DNA of 64,000 nucleotides. Origin: a virus. Below are positions 1 to 10,158 of this stretch, in pieces. The notes below the pieces were generated by a model. It did not search any database and was not told the DNA's origin. It worked only from the letters and a program-made list of their open reading frames with translations. The position numbers and the translations under genes are program-made. Where the stretch lies: the IMG/VR virus record IMGVR_UViG_3300010883_000017, positions 1-64,000 of that record; one strand, given 5' to 3'. How positions within the stretch are numbered: the stretch's first letter is position 1; every line of letters begins with the position of its first letter.

Positions 1-131
1 GGCGCAGCGGCGATTTATTCGGCGCGCAGCGGCGGCGCAGAACAAGACTACGTCGCAGTATGTCCGTGACCAAACGTTAGCGCCGCCTAAGAAGGGCTTA
101 CTTGCTTCTTTCTTTTCAGGGGGCAAGTAGC

Positions 132-602
132 GTGCCAAATTGGTGCGGCAATCATCTTACAGTTTCAGGGGAAAAACACTTAGTGAAGCAGTTTGAGGAT
201 GACGCAGTAAGAAAAAGTGAAGGCGATAGTGTTTTCACTCTTGCTGCGTTTCATCCTTGCCCCGAAGAACTAACTACCGACGGAGGCTGGTACGACTGGA
301 ACATCAACAATTGGGGAACCAAGTGGGATGTTGATTGTACCGAATCAGATGGTAGCCAATATTATACGGGGCGTGGCGCCGGGGCTGAGTGGGTGGCGGG
401 TTACAGTTTTGATTCCGCCTGGGCGCCGCCCCTAACCGCCATCGAGAAGATATCTGCAATATACACGAGGCTAACGTTTACGCTGATTTATGCAGAACCA
501 GGCAACGGCTACGAGGGCCGCGCGAAGTTTGAAGACGGAATTCAAACAGAAGACCTAAACCAAGAGTACACAGGGGATCTTCTAGAAAGGGAGTATTTTT
601 AA
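132..602 (+). CDS. YubB/DUF1281-like ferredoxin-fold phage protein
   Basis: Motifs PNWCxN, WYDWNINNWGTKWD, FDSAWAPP, YAEPG; probable GTG start at 132 within track ORF 102..602. Confidence 0.7.
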   Translation: MPNWCGNHLTVSGEKHLVKQFEDDAVRKSEGDSVFTLAAFHPCPEELTTDGGWYDWNINNWGTKWDVDCTESDGSQYYTGRGAGAEWVAGYSFDSAWAPPLTAIEKISAIYTRLTFTLIYAEPGNGYEGRAKFEDGIQTEDLNQEYTGDLLEREYF

Positions 603-790
603 TGCTAGTACTGACACGGAAAATAAACGAACGCATCCACATAGGTGATGACATTGTTATTACTGTCGTGGCTGTCAGAGATGGGCATACGGTCCAACTT
701 GGCATAGATGCGCCTAAATACGTTCAAATCGAACGAGAAGAAGTACGACAGAAAGCTATGAAAGAATATAAGGAGAAGCATAGTGGCTAA
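602..790 (+). CDS. csrA: carbon storage regulator CsrA/RsmA family RNA-binding protein
   Basis: MLVLTRK..E.IHIGDDIVITVV....VQLGIDAPK.V.I.REE is the canonical CsrA pattern. Confidence 0.93.
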   Translation: MLVLTRKINERIHIGDDIVITVVAVRDGHTVQLGIDAPKYVQIEREEVRQKAMKEYKEKHSG

Positions 791-1169
791 AGCAGCTGAC
801 ACGACTAACACGACTGACACGATGTGGGCTTTGCCGATTAAAAAATCGGCGACGCATATCAAAGAGTATTGCGGAATTGCGGATTGCCACGGCATCGAGA
901 GTTTCATGCCGCATCCCAGTAAAAGCGCAGGTGTACTAGAAATACGCGTACTGTCCAATCGACACCGACACGCGGTAACTTATGTAGTACGCCTTAATGA
1001 TGTGGATGCAGAACGCATTCGCGGACTTATTACCGACGAGAAGTACGTAGAGGCACTAGATAAGCTCAAGGAACGAGCTGTCAATGGCGAGTGTCTTTTA
1101 GGTGGCGGAGGAGCCGTTAAAGAAAGTTTCGAGTTGATCCCCAACCCGAAGTTGGATCCCTGGGGCTAG
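783..1169 (+). CDS. hypothetical protein
   Basis: Overlaps the csrA stop, operon-like packing. Confidence 0.55.
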   Translation: MAKAADTTNTTDTMWALPIKKSATHIKEYCGIADCHGIESFMPHPSKSAGVLEIRVLSNRHRHAVTYVVRLNDVDAERIRGLITDEKYVEALDKLKERAVNGECLLGGGGAVKESFELIPNPKLDPWG

Positions 1170-1749
1170 TTCTCAGGCGCACTTGGAAAGGATGTCAAGA
1201 TGTGGAAAAAATGGAAGCAATGGACTGCTGTGTTTATGGAACTTTTATTCGGCCCTCCCTTAGAAGATAGAGAGCAGGATCCTACAGACGATGAAATTGA
1301 ACAAATGATTGAGGAGGCAGATGATTATGGAATCTACAACGACTACTACGAGCAAAAATGCGGCTCAGCCGAACGCTTCGGCGCGGCCAAACGTGGAAAT
1401 GACCCCGGTAGCGGCTAAGTACACCGCAGATGGCAGCTTGGCATCTTTATCGTCAACTCACCCAGTCGACAGCGAACGAGATGGCGCCGTTATATCGGAG
1501 GACCCGCCAACCGTGCCGGCAATACCAGTGCGTACGGATATATGGGACGAGATGAGTGCATTGAGAAAAGATCTCAAGGCAAACTCACGAGGCTACCTGG
1601 CTAAGACCCTAGCGCTCACAATTGGCTTCTGTTGCTTTGTAAGTGTGCTAGTCGGCACCGTATTGGCTATGCCCGTGATTGTACTTGTGTCGGTCTGGGA
1701 CCAACTCCGCAAGTTTTTCACAGATCGAAAAGCAACTAAAAAGGTTGCA

Positions 1750-2934
1750 TCAGATTTGCGGGTTGTACGAGGCAGCGAGGGCGAATAGATCCTGCCGATT
1801 AAGACCTTCGGGTACATGAGAAGCTTCTTTAGCAAACGGTGTAACGCCGTTATCTGAAAGAAGTCTATCAAAGTGTTCCGCATCGCCGCGGGGCAGCGTG
1901 GGGAGTAACTCTGCAAGTTTATCCATGTTCACGTGGAGACCTCCTACGCTGACCTCGTCGGCGAAGTCGGCGCCCATCCAATCTCGGATGGTGTCGAGTT
2001 TTACAGCCTGGAGATCTGCAACTTTGTAAATGTTGCCAGATGTCATAGGAATATGCGCAGCTTTAACCTGCGCAGCAGTCTTTTCAGTGACTGTGAACAG
2101 CACGTCTTCTGGGCGTTGAATACTACCGCCGTAGGACGAAACAATCCCGTTCTCCCTGTCAAAGACGTCGATAAATGCTGCTAGTTTTTGCATTTTTTCT
2201 GGGTGGTGTGCCGCAGACGGGTTATTACGGAGAAGGCTTGCAGCCATTTTAAGCTGTTGTTTAGCCGCGTGGTTATCTGTTAGATGCGCGCGGTTATCCA
2301 ACAGTTGGGCTGCCACCTTACCGGAGCATGCGCCGTTTCCAGCTTGTTTCTCCAGGTACTCAGCATAATCTTCAACGCCGGCGCCGTGTTCTGCTGCCTT
2401 AGTGAGAACCTTCTTTGCCATCGTTCTACGGTCGGCATAAGTAAATTCATCTCGGTGTGTATGAATGTATTCGGCAGCGCACTTCACTTCATGCTTATTT
2501 CTTAGCGGGAGGTGCCGTTCTGTGGACCCGTCGTCTTTATTCCAAACAAAAGCAAATGCATCATCAGGTAACGCGGTTTTATCATTAGCATGGTACTTTG
2601 CAGCTTTTTCAAAGACGCCTTGGATATCCGCTGCTATTCCATGATATTTAGCAGCTTTAACCAAGCGATTTTCAACCGCGTCCGCATCCCTGCTAGAATA
2701 GCAGGCACGTTTATCAGCAAAGAATGCAGCAGACATCCATGTAGAAGCAGATGTATGACAAGGAAAGCGTCTTGCGCGCGGGTCGGCATAAATATGCAGC
2801 GGCAACGTTTTCGGATCTCCGCAAATGTTACTATAGCTGGCATGCTTAACAAAGTCGGGCGGTCCGTACAGGCTTGTTATGCGGTGCAGCTCTTGGCCGG
2901 TGCGGTCTTTAGCTTGGTCAAGAACGACTTCCAT
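1750..2934 (-). CDS. hypothetical phage protein with DUF6582-like segment, possibly virion-associated
   Basis: 394-aa ORF with GGAGG-type RBS on the minus strand; LPDDAFAFV...RHLPLRNKHEV resembles DUF6582-type motifs. Confidence 0.6.
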   Translation of the reverse strand: MEVVLDQAKDRTGQELHRITSLYGPPDFVKHASYSNICGDPKTLPLHIYADPRARRFPCHTSASTWMSAAFFADKRACYSSRDADAVENRLVKAAKYHGIAADIQGVFEKAAKYHANDKTALPDDAFAFVWNKDDGSTERHLPLRNKHEVKCAAEYIHTHRDEFTYADRRTMAKKVLTKAAEHGAGVEDYAEYLEKQAGNGACSGKVAAQLLDNRAHLTDNHAAKQQLKMAASLLRNNPSAAHHPEKMQKLAAFIDVFDRENGIVSSYGGSIQRPEDVLFTVTEKTAAQVKAAHIPMTSGNIYKVADLQAVKLDTIRDWMGADFADEVSVGGLHVNMDKLAELLPTLPRGDAEHFDRLLSDNGVTPFAKEASHVPEGLNRQDLFALAASYNPQI

Positions 2935-2951
2935 GTCACGAGACCTCCAAA

Positions 2952-5705
2952 ATGAGTACTGGCAATCCAGGTAAAAGTTTGAATATTCATGCCCCGTGGC
3001 ATGAAGTTCTACAGCTTCTTGATATTAATGTGCAGGTTCTTGTGTTGCCTGCCACTGTATCTTGTCCACATTGTAAACAAACTAGTTTACATGTATATCA
3101 GGATATCACATCTGGCGGCGCATGGCACTACTGCTCCGCCTGCAAATTCGCCGGTGATACAATAGAGTTAGTAGCTTCAGTATGGAAGCAGGATATCGCA
3201 ACGACCATACTTAAGCTAAACGCCCACGGCATTAGTTTCCCAGATGATGCGCTAGATCCTAGTATAATCGATCGCTACATACTGGGTCACGTAGAATACC
3301 GTAAAGGGATCCAGGCATTATGGGAATTATCTCAAGAACGTCTACCGCTTAATGATACCCACACGATAGCAAAATTGCATGATAAATTCACCGCAGGGCA
3401 CACAGCAAGTAGTATAACATGGCCTCGTCGTGGAAAATGTTTTCTTGGTGGTTGTCATATTAACGATGTTTTACGCGCATTTCGTCAAGAGAAGGTGCGG
3501 AATAGCGGGCCAGATTTAGATCCCTGCACACTGAATTCCGGCTATGACCGCATCTTCAAGGGTCGCGGTTGGACGGATGTGCTTGTGCTCCCGCACTACG
3601 AATTACCTGGAAAAATACGCGGGTTTACGTTCATCGGGCGCGAGGGTAGCGCAAAAGACATACTTTACCGGCGCGTGAATACCCACCCCGCAGGGCGCCG
3701 CCCCAAAATAGAAACTAACGCAGCAGCGTACGATCCGGGCCTAACCATGTACGAGACTATGTTCTCGTACCATTCCAGGTACAAGAGCACGACGTTTGTT
3801 CTTGCTGATCCTGTTGCCGCTTTGCGCCTGCAGCTTCGGCACCTACGGCAAAGCAACACACCGCTTCCTGTATGCGGCAGCTATTCTGATGGGAAGTTGA
3901 CCAATCGTTGGTTGTGGTCGGCGGCCTTTTCGCGGAATTTCATTTTTTGGGGTCGGACACTAACACCAGATCTCATCCAGCAGGCGCGCCACGCAAATGG
4001 CAAGATAGCCGTTGGAAAAACATTAAGTACGCTTGCGGCAGCGCCTTCAGAAAAATCACCTACTCAATGGCTTGATTTGATGGAACGCACTGCCAAGCCT
4101 TGGCAGGTTGTACTGGAAGATGAACTCAACGCCGCCAGCTTACCCGTCGCAGAGAGTTTGCTGTTACGGCTGCGGCTATCTTCTCAAGAGCTGAAGGAGT
4201 TTTCTACTGGGTGTAGCTTAGCTGTCCGTGAAAAATTGGCAGACCTATTTGCAACTACAAAGCATGGTTTTAAATCTGTGCTTGTGGAGAGTAAGACTTT
4301 AATAGAAACAAAAGAGGGCTGGTGCCTAGAAGATGGAACAGTAATCTGTGATACCGTAATTCGTATTGAAAAAGTGGTGCACCAACCCACAAAAAATTGC
4401 GCGTATTACCGAGGATACATAGAGAGAAACGGCAGTCGCGTAGAGTTCACAGATGAAGTTGAATATGTAGAGGTTCATGTAGGCAAGTGGTTACGTAATA
4501 AACTGATTTCTGCCGGCCTCGGGCGGCCTAAAGTCTCAAGGACATGGCAGAAGCACCTACTTACGATCGCACAAAGCTTTCACGAGCCAGAAAATGTGGT
4601 GGGGATCGGTTCCTTTGGTTGGAAAGAGGAGCAGCAGTCATTCGTATTTCCACATTTTGTATTGCGCAGGAACGGCGAAGTCGTTGACGACCCGCTTGTT
4701 CGTGTTGTTAATGACAATTCTCCCGCGGTTGCGTTACGACAGCCCCAGCTGCTAACGCCGCAACAGGTCGCACAATTAAACGAACCTGAAGAGCATCTGG
4801 ACGTGTTTTGGGCGACCACAGCGTGTGTAGTGTCAAACATCATATCGCCCGCATTTAACCTGCCGCCTACAGGACTCGCGCTCTTTGGTGCTGGCGCCAC
4901 TATGGCCGGGCGGGCAGCTGCCCGCACACTTGGTTGTGTAGACGTTGAGCTAGGGCAGCAGACGATGGGCAGTGCGTTGCGTAAATTACACACGGCTAAT
5001 ACGGCGCACGGCTGGCCGTTTGTCCTCAAAAAATACGGCACAGTAAAAAATAAGACACTCCGCGCATGGTTAGCTGACCCAGAAGCTAAAAACTGTGTGG
5101 TGGTTGCGGGCTGGTATCAAGCACAAGTACTGATGTTAAACGGCGGGTGGAACGTAATTGAATGCCAACGTCCGGGAACAACACTACACAGCGTCCTAGA
5201 GCTGGGTCCGATTGTATTGCCTGCCTTTCTACAGTACCTGTGCCGGCAACGATTGCAGATACAACGTGACGAGGGCCTCGTGCGCGGTGTACTTAACGAG
5301 CTATCCCTGTGGTTTGAAGGGCTAGGCGGGCACGACTTGCGCAGGTGCGGACGGCTACTACACGTCGGAGAAGTATTTTCCAGGGAACCGCAGCCGCGTG
5401 AGCGTTTTCTGAATATTGTCTTTCAAATGATGACAGAACATAAGTTGCGACTAGTCATAGAAGGGTTTAATAACGAGGGCCGCGCGAACCAAGCAATTCA
5501 ACACAATGAACATATCTACGTGCCGCAGCAGGCAGTACTAGAACTTATCGCAAAGAAAGGCGCCCCGGGGCCGAACATAAACTTGCTTGAGCAAGAGTTC
5601 AACACGTACTCCGTAAATGGTGCACTGTACTGGTCTATTCCTGAAGAGGAGTGGCTAACCGCAATAAACGAAAGGAGACCCAGCGCAATAACAGAGGTAA
5701 TATGA
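2952..5705 (+). CDS. large protein with N-terminal CHC2-type (primase-like) zinc finger
   Basis: CPHC...HYCSACKFAGDTIELV and LVLPHYELPGKIRGFTFIGR resemble the DnaG N-terminus; no clear TOPRIM acidic motif. Confidence 0.55.
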   Translation: MSTGNPGKSLNIHAPWHEVLQLLDINVQVLVLPATVSCPHCKQTSLHVYQDITSGGAWHYCSACKFAGDTIELVASVWKQDIATTILKLNAHGISFPDDALDPSIIDRYILGHVEYRKGIQALWELSQERLPLNDTHTIAKLHDKFTAGHTASSITWPRRGKCFLGGCHINDVLRAFRQEKVRNSGPDLDPCTLNSGYDRIFKGRGWTDVLVLPHYELPGKIRGFTFIGREGSAKDILYRRVNTHPAGRRPKIETNAAAYDPGLTMYETMFSYHSRYKSTTFVLADPVAALRLQLRHLRQSNTPLPVCGSYSDGKLTNRWLWSAAFSRNFIFWGRTLTPDLIQQARHANGKIAVGKTLSTLAAAPSEKSPTQWLDLMERTAKPWQVVLEDELNAASLPVAESLLLRLRLSSQELKEFSTGCSLAVREKLADLFATTKHGFKSVLVESKTLIETKEGWCLEDGTVICDTVIRIEKVVHQPTKNCAYYRGYIERNGSRVEFTDEVEYVEVHVGKWLRNKLISAGLGRPKVSRTWQKHLLTIAQSFHEPENVVGIGSFGWKEEQQSFVFPHFVLRRNGEVVDDPLVRVVNDNSPAVALRQPQLLTPQQVAQLNEPEEHLDVFWATTACVVSNIISPAFNLPPTGLALFGAGATMAGRAAARTLGCVDVELGQQTMGSALRKLHTANTAHGWPFVLKKYGTVKNKTLRAWLADPEAKNCVVVAGWYQAQVLMLNGGWNVIECQRPGTTLHSVLELGPIVLPAFLQYLCRQRLQIQRDEGLVRGVLNELSLWFEGLGGHDLRRCGRLLHVGEVFSREPQPRERFLNIVFQMMTEHKLRLVIEGFNNEGRANQAIQHNEHIYVPQQAVLELIAKKGAPGPNINLLEQEFNTYSVNGALYWSIPEEEWLTAINERRPSAITEVI

Positions 5706-6319
5706 AATTCAAAAACAACACGAAGTGGGACACACAGCAGCTCCGAAAGATTATAGCTGCAGTTATGAATAGATATTTAAACAAGGAACAACGTAAAACT
5801 CTAACTATTGTCGCCGACCCGATTAGGACGGGCGGCCGCTTTAAAGTCGCGGTAACTCAGCAACAAGAGGGCTGGATGGCCGGCCGGCCGGGCCGCTCTT
5901 GTTCTGTTACGTTTACTGTTCCTAATGACACAACAGCAGGCTCTATTCGGTTTAATTGTGTCTCCTTCGCGCGGCGAAACGCTTGGAAGCACAAGAAGGA
6001 AACCACTACGCAATATACAGCCTGGTCCAATCGAGTGGGTGCGATGCCTTTAGACGAGGCAGTTATAGAAAAGAAAACGAAGGACCCCCTCGAGGAGTCG
6101 CAAAAAGGCTTGAAGTCCTCGTTAGCAAGCGCTGTTGAGTGGAAAGATAAGATGCTGCGCGCAGCGAACAAGGTCCAGGATTACGAGAAAAAAGCTAAAT
6201 ACCATACAGCACGTATTATATTATTGAAAAAACAGAGAAGCGGCGAAGTTCGAAAAAAGAAGTCCCCTAAAGCTGGCGACAGGGGTTTTCGAATCGCGCG
6301 CCGTAGACGAGGTACTTAA
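5702..6319 (+). CDS. basic hypothetical protein
   Basis: GAGG RBS before ATG 5702; ATGA overlap with the upstream stop. Confidence 0.6.
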   Translation: MKFKNNTKWDTQQLRKIIAAVMNRYLNKEQRKTLTIVADPIRTGGRFKVAVTQQQEGWMAGRPGRSCSVTFTVPNDTTAGSIRFNCVSFARRNAWKHKKETTTQYTAWSNRVGAMPLDEAVIEKKTKDPLEESQKGLKSSLASAVEWKDKMLRAANKVQDYEKKAKYHTARIILLKKQRSGEVRKKKSPKAGDRGFRIARRRRGT

Positions 6320-6579
6320 TGACATTAACACGAAGCACGCCTATTTGCGTGAAATGTAAAGTGATTATGAAGTGTCACAAAAATGCTCAATTTGTACAGG
6401 ACCCGACTGTTGGCGGGTTTCCGAGCACAGTTTGGAGTGGGGATGTCTGGAAATGTCCAGGCTGCTCGTGTAAGGTTGTAACTGGTTTCGGGTCGGCTAT
6501 CGTTAACGGTGTTGGCTCAGTTGATGTTTTAGAATTTAAGTGGGACCTCAAAAGTCCCAACGAAAACGAAGGAGAGTAG
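6319..6579 (+). CDS. small zinc-ribbon protein
   Basis: CVKC...WKCPGC. Confidence 0.6.
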   Translation: MTLTRSTPICVKCKVIMKCHKNAQFVQDPTVGGFPSTVWSGDVWKCPGCSCKVVTGFGSAIVNGVGSVDVLEFKWDLKSPNENEGE

Positions 6580-6583
6580 CAGA

Positions 6584-6784
6584 GTGGAAAACGGAACGAT
6601 TAAAAAACTGACGGATCGAGGCTTTGGATTTATCAAGACTGCAGCTGGCACGGAAATTTTCTTCCACGCCTCCAGTCTTGACTGCGCGTTTGAAGCGCTT
6701 AGCGAAGGTCAAGAAGTACAGCTAGAGTACGAAGACGGAGAAAAAGGCCCACGAGCAACATCTGTTGTATCTGGAACCTGTTAA
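6584..6784 (+). CDS. cold-shock domain protein (CspA family)
   Basis: RNP motifs RGFGFI and IFFHAS; GQEV...GEKGPRA. Confidence 0.93.
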   Translation: MENGTIKKLTDRGFGFIKTAAGTEIFFHASSLDCAFEALSEGQEVQLEYEDGEKGPRATSVVSGTC

Positions 6785-6788
6785 GGCG

Positions 6789-8654
6789 CTACGGGGTATT
6801 AAAATACCCGCCCAGCGCATCTGATCCGTCGCCGCTGGCTGCTTGTACTTGATACTGATCAAGTCTCAGCCCGGCGATGCGGGAGAAGTCTGGGTACTTG
6901 TTGGGATACCACAAAGCAGCGCAGCCAATATTTACAGCTTGTGCAAAGTCATCGGATAGCCCGGTGGCACGTACAATGGTGTAAATATCGCTGGCCTGCT
7001 TGGTTTCTACCTTATTCTCAACGAGCGCGAGGAAGTCATGGATTAGGCCAGGTTGGTCTGTATCCCTGAAATCCCACTTAAAAAACCGTAGACGACCTAG
7101 CTTTATGAACATAGTAACGTAGAGCAGCATCCTAGTTTTATCGACGCGATAATGATCTCTAGGGTGTAATTCAGTCTTAGGCACATGGTACATAGGGGCC
7201 TTTGTAGCGGCGCGCACATAGGCTACGGGCATTATTCTCTCAAGGGGGAGGCCCGCCTGTACTATGAATGTTTCTCTTAGTGTGCCGGCCCCCGTATAGT
7301 CATGGGCTAGGAGATGGCATTGGAAATATTTGTACCAATGAAGTACTTCCTCCGCTTCACCCAGGTGATCATGCGGCGTTCTTAGGCGTTTGCCCCAGAG
7401 CACATCGATACCGCCTGCGGGCGTTATGCCAAGTACAGCAATTGTGGTGAGACTTATACCAGCTTCGCCGCCCCCGCCCCAGTCAACCGCCAGTATTCGT
7501 TTGCCGTAACTCGCAGTAGCCTTACGCGCGGCGTCTTCAGGTTTTATTGGGTTGTTCTCCCATGGTAGGCAGGCTGCGGCTTTTAATTCAGAGAGTGTGA
7601 CGAGCTTCTGCCCAATGTCATATGATTCGCCCAGCACTTCGTTATAGAAAATATGTGGTTGGGATTCCCAGCCATCACGTTTTCCAATAAGCGTAGACCA
7701 CTTGTCTACGCTTTCGTAATGGATAGGCATGATGACCTGCGGCACGTGGTAACCCGCGAAATCCCAGCGTTTTTCCGGGAACTTGTGGACCCAGCGCCCG
7801 AACCGGGGGTTGATAGACCTACTGCACTTAGCGCACACCGTAGCTGGTTTGTTTACGCTGATGTCTTCACGGACAGGCCCCAGCATTTTTTCCATGTCGT
7901 AATCCATCGATGGTATGTTTTGATGGTTACAAGAAAAGCAGGGCACGAACCACTCCGCTTGCGAGGATTGTTGCCACAGTCCCTCCAGGGTATTATCGAG
8001 AGTTTTGGGCGTTCCCGTGTACTGACTAAGTTCGTACTTCGAGTACGACATGGTCTCCAGAATGATCGGAATGTGCGCGGAGTCCATGTCCTGGACCTCG
8101 TCGATCGCAACCTTATCTGCGGTGATACCGCGAATACGGTCGGCGTCTAACAGCGCATAAGAGAACTGCATTTTTGAGTAGTTCTTGAATGACCGCTGTA
8201 AGACGTTTTGTTCTGAACTGGAATCTAACCAGAGAGCCTTCAGCGGGCTCTCATCTACGAATGGACGGACGTAGTTATTGCTGAATCTACGTACTTGTTC
8301 GAATAGCGGCGTGACATATAACGTCGTAAAGAACGGATGCAATACTGTTGTGACGACGCCGTCAGCCGCTAGGCTCGTCGATTTCGAAACTTGGCGCCCG
8401 GTTTTCAGCACGATCTTTCGGGGTCGCCTGTGCCGGAATACGGGAGCGAAGGGGAAGTGGTCCTGGATCGAGTAGGGTTTGCCTTTGAGATTTAAGAGCA
8501 AAGGCAGCAAAAACTCGATCGTTGGTAACTTACCCCCTAATGCATCTTTAAACTGCGTGAGAAGCGTAGCGTGATTAGATGCTGATTCCGTACGGCCAAG
8601 CTGCGAAATAATCTCTGCGGCATTACCACTTGTTAAATTAGGAGACGTTGCCAT
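6789..8654 (-). CDS. terL: terminase large subunit (lambda GpA-like)
   Basis: Walker A-like KTGRQVSKST, RIRG..AD..AIDEVQD Walker B, GTPKT, Cys-pair Zn motif, YNEVLG, nuclease AVDWGG. Confidence 0.88.
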   Translation of the reverse strand: MATSPNLTSGNAAEIISQLGRTESASNHATLLTQFKDALGGKLPTIEFLLPLLLNLKGKPYSIQDHFPFAPVFRHRRPRKIVLKTGRQVSKSTSLAADGVVTTVLHPFFTTLYVTPLFEQVRRFSNNYVRPFVDESPLKALWLDSSSEQNVLQRSFKNYSKMQFSYALLDADRIRGITADKVAIDEVQDMDSAHIPIILETMSYSKYELSQYTGTPKTLDNTLEGLWQQSSQAEWFVPCFSCNHQNIPSMDYDMEKMLGPVREDISVNKPATVCAKCSRSINPRFGRWVHKFPEKRWDFAGYHVPQVIMPIHYESVDKWSTLIGKRDGWESQPHIFYNEVLGESYDIGQKLVTLSELKAAACLPWENNPIKPEDAARKATASYGKRILAVDWGGGGEAGISLTTIAVLGITPAGGIDVLWGKRLRTPHDHLGEAEEVLHWYKYFQCHLLAHDYTGAGTLRETFIVQAGLPLERIMPVAYVRAATKAPMYHVPKTELHPRDHYRVDKTRMLLYVTMFIKLGRLRFFKWDFRDTDQPGLIHDFLALVENKVETKQASDIYTIVRATGLSDDFAQAVNIGCAALWYPNKYPDFSRIAGLRLDQYQVQAASGDGSDALGGYFNTP

Positions 8655-8916
8655 GAGTGACCTATCCCGTTATCGCGCCCAAGAAGAGGATGAACAAAGT
8701 AGTCCTTCTGACCTACAATGGTTAGAGGACAGCATCCATTTCTTAGGCGCTTGGACAAAGGATATCCTTAGTCCAAGTAAAAATTCGTCCGAGCCGGTAA
8801 CCACAGAAGTTTCCAATCGTAAACCTGGTAAAATAACAAAGCGCAAGCAAAGCCGTGGGCGCAAAATTATTAGGATACGTGAACGGGAAATCGAGATTAT
8901 CATTGAGGACGATTAA
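8653..8916 (+). CDS. hypothetical protein
   Basis: AGGAG RBS; ATG overlaps the terL start codon on the opposite strand. Confidence 0.45.
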   Translation: MSDLSRYRAQEEDEQSSPSDLQWLEDSIHFLGAWTKDILSPSKNSSEPVTTEVSNRKPGKITKRKQSRGRKIIRIREREIEIIIEDD

Positions 8917-9187
8917 ACTTGTCGCGTAACTTGGATGACGCGACCTATTGTAAACCACGGAGGGAACTATGCCCACGATTGGAAAATCGGCTTTTCGTTA
9001 TTTGGAGCGCAAAAAGTTGATTGACACAATGCGAAGCCCAGCTCCAAAGTATAGCGTTATTTCTAACCGTATTCACAGCTATCCGTTGGATCCGCCGTTG
9101 CCGCACCCAGGGCAGTTGGAGGCGGGGATCCCGGATACTGGGGATGCAACTATTTGGCCCCATGGTTCAGAAGGAGAAGTGACATAA

Positions 9188-9391
9188 GTGAATGGATGTG
9201 TTTTTGTAGGGGGTATTTTACTGCTTTCCTTGATTAGTTTTTGGTTTGGGGAAGTACTACTAGGTTGCGGGTTAATTCTTGGCGCCTACTATGGGTTGCT
9301 AGTTTACAACCGACTTACCGGAGACGGGGCAGCAACATTTACGTTTAAAGATTGTGAAAACGAATGGGAAGATCAGATACGTGACAAGTAA
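9188..9391 (+). CDS. small membrane protein
   Basis: AAGGAG RBS, two hydrophobic segments. Confidence 0.5.
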   Translation: MNGCVFVGGILLLSLISFWFGEVLLGCGLILGAYYGLLVYNRLTGDGAATFTFKDCENEWEDQIRDK

Positions 9392-9719
9392 ATTACTCTT
9401 AGACATTGTGATGATCGCCCTGGCGATTAATCAGGTGTGCGACACGTGGTTCAACGGAACCATTTTTGCAGGAACCCGCGCTTATTTCGAAGTATGGCAG
9501 GATGTCGAGGGCGGTACGCGCGCAGATCGCGTAACGCGCTTTTTTGCCAATCTGTCGATGTGTCGTTTTTGCTTGTCTCACCATGTCACGTTGTTTTTTA
9601 TTGTGGTATGTTGGTTGCCAACGTTTCTTTTGCCCTGGGGAATATTTACAATGTTCCCTGTCTATGGATTAGCTGCTCTGCGGCTATCCTTGCTACTAAG
9701 CGACGTGGTACCAGAGTAA
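9354..9719 (+). CDS. membrane protein (DUF1360-like)
   Basis: Hydrophobic helices flanking LSMCRFCLSHH (CxxC-S motif). Confidence 0.55.
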   Translation: MKTNGKIRYVTSKLLLDIVMIALAINQVCDTWFNGTIFAGTRAYFEVWQDVEGGTRADRVTRFFANLSMCRFCLSHHVTLFFIVVCWLPTFLLPWGIFTMFPVYGLAALRLSLLLSDVVPE

Positions 9720-9738
9720 TAGTATTAAAGGAACTAAT

Positions 9739-10158
9739 ATGGCTGAGCAAGATGATCAAAAAGCGGAAGAAAAGCCGGCAGAACCAACGCGAGAGCGATT
9801 TGATGAGGAAGTCATCCGGAGATCCTTTGCGTTTGGTAACGAGGTACTTCAGGATATTCCAGAATTAGAAGTCTTGGCCATAGTGCCTGTGTGGGGTATT
9901 CCACAGGATAAGATGGTTCCGGCCATCTATCTGACTAAAGACGGCACGGGCATGTCACCGCACCAATTGTTAATGACATTTGACCGCTTCTTAGCCGGCA
10001 TGGAATATAAACTGAACCGGACAAGAGAGCTGCTACAAGCAACAGGTGAAATGTTAAATAAGCAAGCAGGTGAAATAGATGCCAACCAGAAACTTCTCGC
10101 GGAGCACGCAGAACTCCTCTCAGAAGCCGAGGAAAGTAAAAAGAGTGAAGAAGAGTAA
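9739..10158 (+). CDS. hypothetical coiled-coil protein
   Basis: AAGGA RBS, acidic helical ORF. Confidence 0.6.
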   Translation: MAEQDDQKAEEKPAEPTRERFDEEVIRRSFAFGNEVLQDIPELEVLAIVPVWGIPQDKMVPAIYLTKDGTGMSPHQLLMTFDRFLAGMEYKLNRTRELLQATGEMLNKQAGEIDANQKLLAEHAELLSEAEESKKSEEE

